The position numbers were made by a program, and so were the translations under genes. This document shows positions 58,467-64,000 of a stretch of DNA of 64,000 nucleotides, in pieces. The DNA is from an uncultured Duncaniella sp. (GTDB taxonomy: Bacteria; Bacteroidota; Bacteroidia; Bacteroidales; Muribaculaceae): NCBI GenBank assembly GCA_910589485.1, contig CAJUSW010000010.1, positions 10,479 to 74,478 of the forward strand, given 5' to 3'. How positions within the stretch are numbered: position 1 is the first letter of the stretch; every line of letters begins with the position of its first letter. A model generated the notes under the pieces. It saw nothing but the letters and a program-made list of their open reading frames with translations, made no database searches and had not been told where the DNA came from.

Positions 58467-59318
58467 ATGAGAACTGGACTTGTACTTGAAGGAGGAGCCA
58501 TGCGCGGACTGTTCAGCGCAGGCGTGATCGACGTGATGATGGAGCAAGGCATCGATTTTGACGGACTGATAGGCGTATCAGCCGGCTCAAGTTTCGGATG
58601 CAACTTCAAATCCCGCCAACCCGGGCGCGTAATTCGTTACAACCTCCGGTTCCACAACGATCCACGATACATGGGGCTACGGTCACTCCTCACGACAGGT
58701 GATCTCGTAGGAGCCGAATTTGCCTATCACACCCTCCCCCTTGAGCTCGACATATTCGACTCCGAAACATTCGAGAACAACCCCATGGAGTTTCACCTCG
58801 TATGCACCGACGTAATCACCGGCCAACCGGTCTATTACCGCATGGATCGTGTGGATTACGATTCGCTCGAATGGCTCCGGGCCTCAGCCTCAATGCCCAT
58901 AGTCACCCGCCCCGTAAAAGTCAACGACGGTCACCTTCTCCTTGATGGTGGCATCAGCGACTCCATCCCCCTGAAATATTTCCAGAGCCAAGGTTTTGAA
59001 CGCAACATCGTAGTACTCACCCAGCCCCTCGACTACCGCAAGCAACCTACTGCAAAATGGGTATTCAGCCTCCTCATGCGTAAGTATCCCGCGATAGTCC
59101 AAGCCATGGGCCGACGGCACGAGATGTACAATGCCCAACTTGATTACATCCATCAGCAGGCAACCCTCGGAAACACCATGATTATAGCACCCTCCGAACC
59201 GCTACCCATTGGCCGTGTGGAGATGAATCCCACCAAGATGCAGAAAGTATATTTCCGTGGTCGGGCCACATGCGACAAACTCATCCCTGCGATAAAAGAA
59301 TTCCTCTCCGGCAACTGA
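58467..59318 (+). CDS. patatin-like phospholipase
   Basis: 283 aa. Oxyanion GGAMRG, nucleophile GVSAGS (GxSxG), catalytic DGG. Confidence 0.85.
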   Translation: MRTGLVLEGGAMRGLFSAGVIDVMMEQGIDFDGLIGVSAGSSFGCNFKSRQPGRVIRYNLRFHNDPRYMGLRSLLTTGDLVGAEFAYHTLPLELDIFDSETFENNPMEFHLVCTDVITGQPVYYRMDRVDYDSLEWLRASASMPIVTRPVKVNDGHLLLDGGISDSIPLKYFQSQGFERNIVVLTQPLDYRKQPTAKWVFSLLMRKYPAIVQAMGRRHEMYNAQLDYIHQQATLGNTMIIAPSEPLPIGRVEMNPTKMQKVYFRGRATCDKLIPAIKEFLSGN

Positions 59319-59451
59319 TCCTCCATCGTTCGCCATCCGGTAAGTGTCGTTCACCCATATGATTAAACTTTCTTGACATAGAATGTCTTATTAAGAAAGG
59401 TATATAGAATAACTATATACTTTACTCATCGACATTCAAATAATTATACAT

Positions 59452-60498
59452 ATGGAGATTAAGCGACTCACGTTCAACACGATTCTTTCACTTACTGTGG
59501 CATGCTCACTTCCTGTTATGGCTTCATGCGGAAGCCGACAGCAATCAATCGACAACGGTCAGCAATCCGAAAAGCGCGACCACAAAGGCGGTAAGGCCGG
59601 TGGCCCCCAGCTCGGCACTCCGGGCGGAGGTCCGGTCATCGATAAGACCGGCGATCCTGTATTGCAGGCTATGATAAAAGCCGAAGTTCCTGAGTTCCGT
59701 CAGCTCGAGTACACCGACACCGTTTCCGGCACCACCATGCGCTACAATCTATTCACCCCTCGTAACACCACCGGCGGAAAGCAATATCCCCTCGTCCTGT
59801 TCATGGCCGATGCAAGCACTCCCGGCAAGGACTACACCACTCCCCTCACCCAAGGTTACGGAGCACTGGTATGGGCTACCGATCAATGGCAATCCAAGAA
59901 TCCATGCTACGTTCTTGTCCCTCAGTTCTCAGGCGTTGCTGTCAACGATGCTTACGAACACACCGATGAAGTAGACATCGTGATCCGTATGCTTAAGAGC
60001 CTGACCGATGAAAATCCCATCGACAAGAACCGTCTTTACACTACTGGCCAATCCATGGGAGGCATGATATCCATGTACTACAATATCACTTACCCCGATG
60101 TTTTCGCCGCCTCGCTGTTTGTCGACTGCCATTGGGACACTGCCAAATTCGGCGAACTTGCCACTCACACCTTCACCTATGTCACTGCGGGCAATACCGG
60201 CAAATCCTTCAGCAATATCCAGGTGCTTGAAGAAGCAGCCAAAGCCGACGGGACAAGATATGAATACGAGTCTTGGAGCGCAAAATTGCCTCAGGCTCAA
60301 CAGGACTCATTGGCCTCAGCAATGCTTGCCAAGGGTGCTCCCATCAATATAATCAACTTCACCCCCAAATCAGTCCTCCCCGACGATGGCAAGGGCAGTG
60401 AGCACATGTACTCATTCGACTACGCCTATAAGCTCACCCCGGTTCTCGAGTGGATGTTTAAGCAAAGTAAATCCGGCACACTCACTCCCGAGCACTGA
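59452..60498 (+). CDS. alpha/beta-hydrolase (esterase) lipoprotein
   Basis: 348 aa. Lipobox VMASCGS. Nucleophile elbow GQSMGG. Confidence 0.7.
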   Translation: MEIKRLTFNTILSLTVACSLPVMASCGSRQQSIDNGQQSEKRDHKGGKAGGPQLGTPGGGPVIDKTGDPVLQAMIKAEVPEFRQLEYTDTVSGTTMRYNLFTPRNTTGGKQYPLVLFMADASTPGKDYTTPLTQGYGALVWATDQWQSKNPCYVLVPQFSGVAVNDAYEHTDEVDIVIRMLKSLTDENPIDKNRLYTTGQSMGGMISMYYNITYPDVFAASLFVDCHWDTAKFGELATHTFTYVTAGNTGKSFSNIQVLEEAAKADGTRYEYESWSAKLPQAQQDSLASAMLAKGAPINIINFTPKSVLPDDGKGSEHMYSFDYAYKLTPVLEWMFKQSKSGTLTPEH

Positions 60499-60576
60499 TA
60501 CACCTCCGCCCCGCCCCGACTGTCACATGAGGAGTACAGCCATCGCTCCATCAATCCTAAACACCGCTATTGATGT

Positions 60577-61959
60577 ATGAATGACACGAATGAAATAAAA
60601 TTCTCGCTCCGCAACTACATAGCCGTCATAGCAATCCTGATAGTATTGATTATGACCGTGCTTGACGTGACTGTCGTCAACGTAGCTCTTCCGGTAATGG
60701 CCGACAAATTCGGCATCTCTGATTCAAATGCCGTATGGATCGTCACCGTCTACCAGCTCGTAATCACCATGCTGCTTTTGCCGATGTCCTCCTTTGGCGA
60801 CCGATACAGCTATAGGAAATGTTTCCTGTCAGGCGTCACCATATTCACATTGTCATCAGCTTTATGCGCCGCCTCTCAATCCTATGGCATGATAATCGCA
60901 TCCAGGGCATTGCAGGGGATCGGCGCGGCATGCGTGATGGGCGTCAATATCGCACTGACCCGCCTCATATATCCCCGCAACGTCCTCGGTCGCGGACTCG
61001 CTCTCAACGCGATGGTGATAGCCATCGCCACGGCAGCCGGCCCTACCATTGCCGGTGGCATACTGTCCGTGGCATCATGGCATTGGCTGTTCCTCATAAA
61101 TGTCCCCTTCGGAATCCTTGCATTCATCCTCGGTAAAAGGCTGTTGCCACAGAACCCCGCAAAGACCCATCCGGGAAAGTATGATTGGACAAGCGCTATC
61201 ATGAATATCGTGACGTTTGGACTGATATTCCTTTCCATCGGAAACATCGCCCGTAAAGGCGACCTCGCCATTAATATCGGTCTCCTCACTGTTGGCCTCG
61301 CCATAGGCTTCTTCTATGTGCGTCGACAATTCAGCCACGAATCCCCCATGCTTCCTGTCGATCTGTTCAGGATCAGGCTCTATTCGCTGAGCATATCCAC
61401 TTCGGTATGCTCATTTATCGCTCAGAATGTAGCCATGATCTCCCTCCCGTTCCTGTTCCTGAACAATTATCATTTTTCCGAGATCGCCACCGGACTGCTT
61501 ATGACCCCATGGCCACTTGCCACAATGGTTGTATCCCCCATAGCCGCCCGCTATGTCGAGCGTCACAATCCGGGCCTCACTGCTGCCGTTGGCATGGCGG
61601 TATATGCTATCGGCATTATAACCCTCCTCTTGGCACCCGCCTCCGGAATGACCGGATTGGACATCGCATGGCGCATGGCTATATGTGGCATAGGATTCGG
61701 CTTATTCCAGACCCCCAATAATATCGTGATGGTAATGGCTACGCCCGTCCATCGCACCGGAGGCGCCGGCGGTATGCAGAGCACCGCACGCCTTGTGGGA
61801 CAGACCCTCGGCGCTACATTGGTGAGCATCCTGTTCTCATTGCCTTTCTCATCATCCCGTCCCGTTCATTCTTGTCTTTACATCGCCTTGACATTTGCTG
61901 TCATAGCCGGACTCTTCAGTCTGAGCCGGGCTAAAAAAGTAAGCAGAGTACCAAAATAA
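60577..61959 (+). CDS. MFS transporter, DHA2 (EmrB/QacA, 14-TM) type
   Basis: 460 aa. LDVTVVNVALP near the N-terminus, the motif-A-like GDRYSYRK, and about 14 hydrophobic segments. Confidence 0.85.
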   Translation: MNDTNEIKFSLRNYIAVIAILIVLIMTVLDVTVVNVALPVMADKFGISDSNAVWIVTVYQLVITMLLLPMSSFGDRYSYRKCFLSGVTIFTLSSALCAASQSYGMIIASRALQGIGAACVMGVNIALTRLIYPRNVLGRGLALNAMVIAIATAAGPTIAGGILSVASWHWLFLINVPFGILAFILGKRLLPQNPAKTHPGKYDWTSAIMNIVTFGLIFLSIGNIARKGDLAINIGLLTVGLAIGFFYVRRQFSHESPMLPVDLFRIRLYSLSISTSVCSFIAQNVAMISLPFLFLNNYHFSEIATGLLMTPWPLATMVVSPIAARYVERHNPGLTAAVGMAVYAIGIITLLLAPASGMTGLDIAWRMAICGIGFGLFQTPNNIVMVMATPVHRTGGAGGMQSTARLVGQTLGATLVSILFSLPFSSSRPVHSCLYIALTFAVIAGLFSLSRAKKVSRVPK

Positions 61960-62000
61960 ACGTCCAAGACATCCTATATCTCCTTAGCTTTGATAATACT

Positions 62001-62034
62001 ACGGCAGCCGCTTCATTATTGAAACGGCTGCCGT
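62001..62034. terminator. bidirectional hairpin terminator between convergent genes
   Basis: Perfect 10-bp stem ACGGCAGCCG / CGGCTGCCGT with a 14-nt loop. Confidence 0.6.
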
Positions 62035-62068
62035 TATAAGGATGGTATTCATCCCGGATTTATTCGGA

Positions 62069-63319
62069 TCAATGCGATTTCTTTTTCTTAAAGAGATGCT
62101 TTATCCATATGTAATATCCGGTGAGCGGAAGGGATGCTCCAAGCAATGCCCCGAGAAGCCACAGGATACGGGTCAACATTCCACCTAAGCTTCCGGTATG
62201 GATCGAATATATCCATCCGCGCAATTTGTCAGCACCTACAGCATCGGCATACATGGTCTGAGGAGTTATCTCTCCGCTGCGGCGGTTGAACTCATATTTG
62301 TCCGAAGCACGGCTGTTGCCCGAATTGCCAAGCGAAACCGATGCGCTCTCCTTGCCGATAGTTATCTGCGGAGCATCGGGATTGGCGGCCTTCAGTTCAT
62401 CATACACCTGTTGCCATCTGCCGAATTCCGACCGGCGATGTCCACCGCCATTGCGGTGACCGAATTCGCCGTTCTCATCACCGTGATGGCCACGGCCTTC
62501 ACCGCGGTAACCACCTTCGCCACGATTACCACGTCCGCCTCTACCTTCATGCTCTCCGCGTCCACCACGGCCACGACGTTCACCATCTTCGCCCGAACGG
62601 CTCTTTGCCTGTCCGAAGTTGCGGGGAGTATGCTCCACGCCACACACGGCATAGAATGCCGAACGATACCAGTTAAACGACCATGTGAGACCTGTCAACG
62701 ACATTGCAAGTACAAATACCAGTGCATACATGCCTCCCGCTACGTGTAGACCTTTCCAGAATCCCTTCCAGCCTTTCTCGAAAGATATGCTCAGGCTGTG
62801 GCGCAGATTCTTCTTTGCCCTGGGAAACCAGATTACCACGCCGCTGATGAGAGCGATCACAAACACAAGCGTGGAGACACCCACAAGCATCTTGCCTACC
62901 TTTACGCCTTCGCCATGAGGATTGGCGCTGTCCAAAAGCCAGCGGTGAAGTTTGAACATCACCGAGAAGAAACCTATACGCTCATATCGGCCGGTGATCT
63001 CTCCCGAGTATTGATCGATGAACAATGAGGCTCGGCGCGGTTTCGACAGATTCACCTGGTAAGTCCTTTCGGGATCGCTGAACACTGTCACTCCGGTGAT
63101 CGACACCGAGTCGGGCAGTGTAGCCTTCACCGTCTCCATCAGTTCGCCCATCTGCATGGGTTCACCATCCGCCGATGCTACATAATACACGTCACTCTTG
63201 ACTGCCCGTGTCACCTCAGGCTCGAATATGAGCATCGCACCTGAAAAACACACGAGCGTGATTATGATGCCGAATGGCACTGACAGCCACAGGTGTATCT
63301 TTCTGAAAAATTTCATCAT
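62069..63319 (-). CDS. PepSY-associated TM-helix protein (XusC-like) with an Arg/Gly/His/Glu-rich loop
   Basis: 416 aa. N-terminus MMKFFRKIHLWLSVPFGIIITLVCFSGAMLIFE, C-terminal LRGWIYSIHTGSLGG. A low-complexity loop spans residues about 239-301. Confidence 0.85.
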   Translation of the reverse strand: MMKFFRKIHLWLSVPFGIIITLVCFSGAMLIFEPEVTRAVKSDVYYVASADGEPMQMGELMETVKATLPDSVSITGVTVFSDPERTYQVNLSKPRRASLFIDQYSGEITGRYERIGFFSVMFKLHRWLLDSANPHGEGVKVGKMLVGVSTLVFVIALISGVVIWFPRAKKNLRHSLSISFEKGWKGFWKGLHVAGGMYALVFVLAMSLTGLTWSFNWYRSAFYAVCGVEHTPRNFGQAKSRSGEDGERRGRGGRGEHEGRGGRGNRGEGGYRGEGRGHHGDENGEFGHRNGGGHRRSEFGRWQQVYDELKAANPDAPQITIGKESASVSLGNSGNSRASDKYEFNRRSGEITPQTMYADAVGADKLRGWIYSIHTGSLGGMLTRILWLLGALLGASLPLTGYYIWIKHLFKKKKSH

Positions 63320-63326
63320 GACTGTC

Positions 63327-64000
63327 TTACTTTTTAGGAGTCATGTATCCGAAACCGGTGATATCATTAGCCTCGATGGACACACCTCTTGAAGCCTGGG
63401 CGGTCGTCGTGTTGATGCCATAGATTGCCGGCTTCTCATTTTCCACGTTGACAGGAATATACACCTTACCGTTGCCCACGTACACTGTCTTGCCTACCGA
63501 CGATACGTTTGCGGGAAGGCCGGTCACATAGGTGAGCTTCTTGCTGTCGGCATTGAAGATGGCAAGCTCGGTGGCTGCGGGATTTTTCTCAGTCAGCGCA
63601 CGGTCATACATTACCATGAGGAAGCAATTGCCACCGGCAGGCCAGCAACGCATGAAGGAGCGGTTACCATTGGTGCTCTGCGCCTCGATATTGCAGTAAT
63701 AATCATCAAACTGTGTGCTTCCGGCAGGGATTCTGCATACACCGGCAGGAAGGGTGGTCTGCTGTTTGGGATCAGTCATTGTCTTGGCATAGCTTGCCGA
63801 AAATACATATATGTCACCGTTATCAGCCTTCCACACGGTCTGATAGTACTGTGAGCGGTATCGTCCGCAAGGAGTGCTTATCTTATCGGTTTTGGCGAGA
63901 GTGGGATTGAGCATATCCTCGTTATCATAGATAGCTACCCAGCACTCGTTGGGATACTGTGTGCCCACAAGCTCTCCCGCCTTATATGAACCGCCACCTG
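63327..64000 (-). CDS. DUF4374-like lipoprotein (XusB-like), C-terminal part; gene continues beyond the right edge
   Basis: The frame is open to position 64000 (upstream residues [10 protein letters not shown] precede the ORF-track start). It is homologous to the product of 45731-46999 and sits 8 nt upstream of the PepSY gene. Confidence 0.7.
   Translation of the reverse strand, partial: GGGSYKAGELVGTQYPNECWVAIYDNEDMLNPTLAKTDKISTPCGRYRSQYYQTVWKADNGDIYVFSASYAKTMTDPKQQTTLPAGVCRIPAGSTQFDDYYCNIEAQSTNGNRSFMRCWPAGGNCFLMVMYDRALTEKNPAATELAIFNADSKKLTYVTGLPANVSSVGKTVYVGNGKVYIPVNVENEKPAIYGINTTTAQASRGVSIEANDITGFGYMTPKK

Noticed and set aside
58467-59318. Patatin-like lipase as a CBASS-type or other defence effector linked to the WYL regulator
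   Set aside because: No cyclase, sensor or other defence partner is adjacent. The size and motifs match the common stand-alone housekeeping patatin family, and the gene has its own -7 box.
1-64000. tRNA, rRNA, integrase, transposase or prophage genes
   Set aside because: None were recognised by eye in any intergenic region or ORF translation. The absence cannot be proven without tRNAscan, Infernal or HMM runs.

Overview
The window looks like a Bacteroidota (Bacteroidales-like) chromosome segment: lipoprotein lipoboxes, TonB-dependent receptors, DUF4374/PepSY pairs and TAnnTTTG -7 promoter boxes. All calls come from reading the ORF translations and the DNA by eye; no database search was run. 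Layout: (1) 1-3364, minus-strand housekeeping genes (DUF4835-like fragment, coaBC, DnaQ-like exonuclease, dnaN). (2) 3659-13685, a tightly packed seven-gene plus-strand operon that reads as cell-wall turnover and muropeptide recycling (amidase-like exoprotein, GT2, GalT/HIT-like DUF4922, SpoIID/LytB, AmpG, NamZ/DUF1343, BadF-type sugar kinase). (3) ppdK and a GH20 hexosaminidase. (4) 18.6-20.6 kb, a decayed WYL regulator, a nested inverted-repeat element and an orphan lipoprotein. (5) 20.7-54.4 kb, a large cobalamin region with three cobalamin riboswitches. One drives PepSY_TM-cobU-cobT-cobS-cobC. One heads a 19-gene, 24.5-kb minus-strand gene train: TonB receptor, DUF4374 lipoprotein, signal-peptide CbiK, membrane-anchored CobN-like protein with a MotA/ExbB plus DUF2149 module, BtuFCD-like ABC importer, then cbiHC, cbiET, cbiGF, cbiJD, cbiA, pduO-type adenosyltransferase, cobQ, cobD, cbiB. 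One drives a PepSY_TM plus siderophore-type TonB receptor pair. (6) 54.6-58.3 kb, a frameshifted rtcB divergent from a WYL regulator, hairpin-bearing tandem repeats, a G-depleted tract and an orphan ORF. (7) Patatin-like lipase, alpha/beta-hydrolase lipoprotein, DHA2 MFS transporter, and a XusC/XusB-like PepSY plus DUF4374 pair at the right edge. The most interesting candidate is the Hmu/Iht-like tetrapyrrole-metal machine under cobalamin-riboswitch control and in line with a corrin pathway that, within this window, lacks cbiL and a cytoplasmic chelatase.
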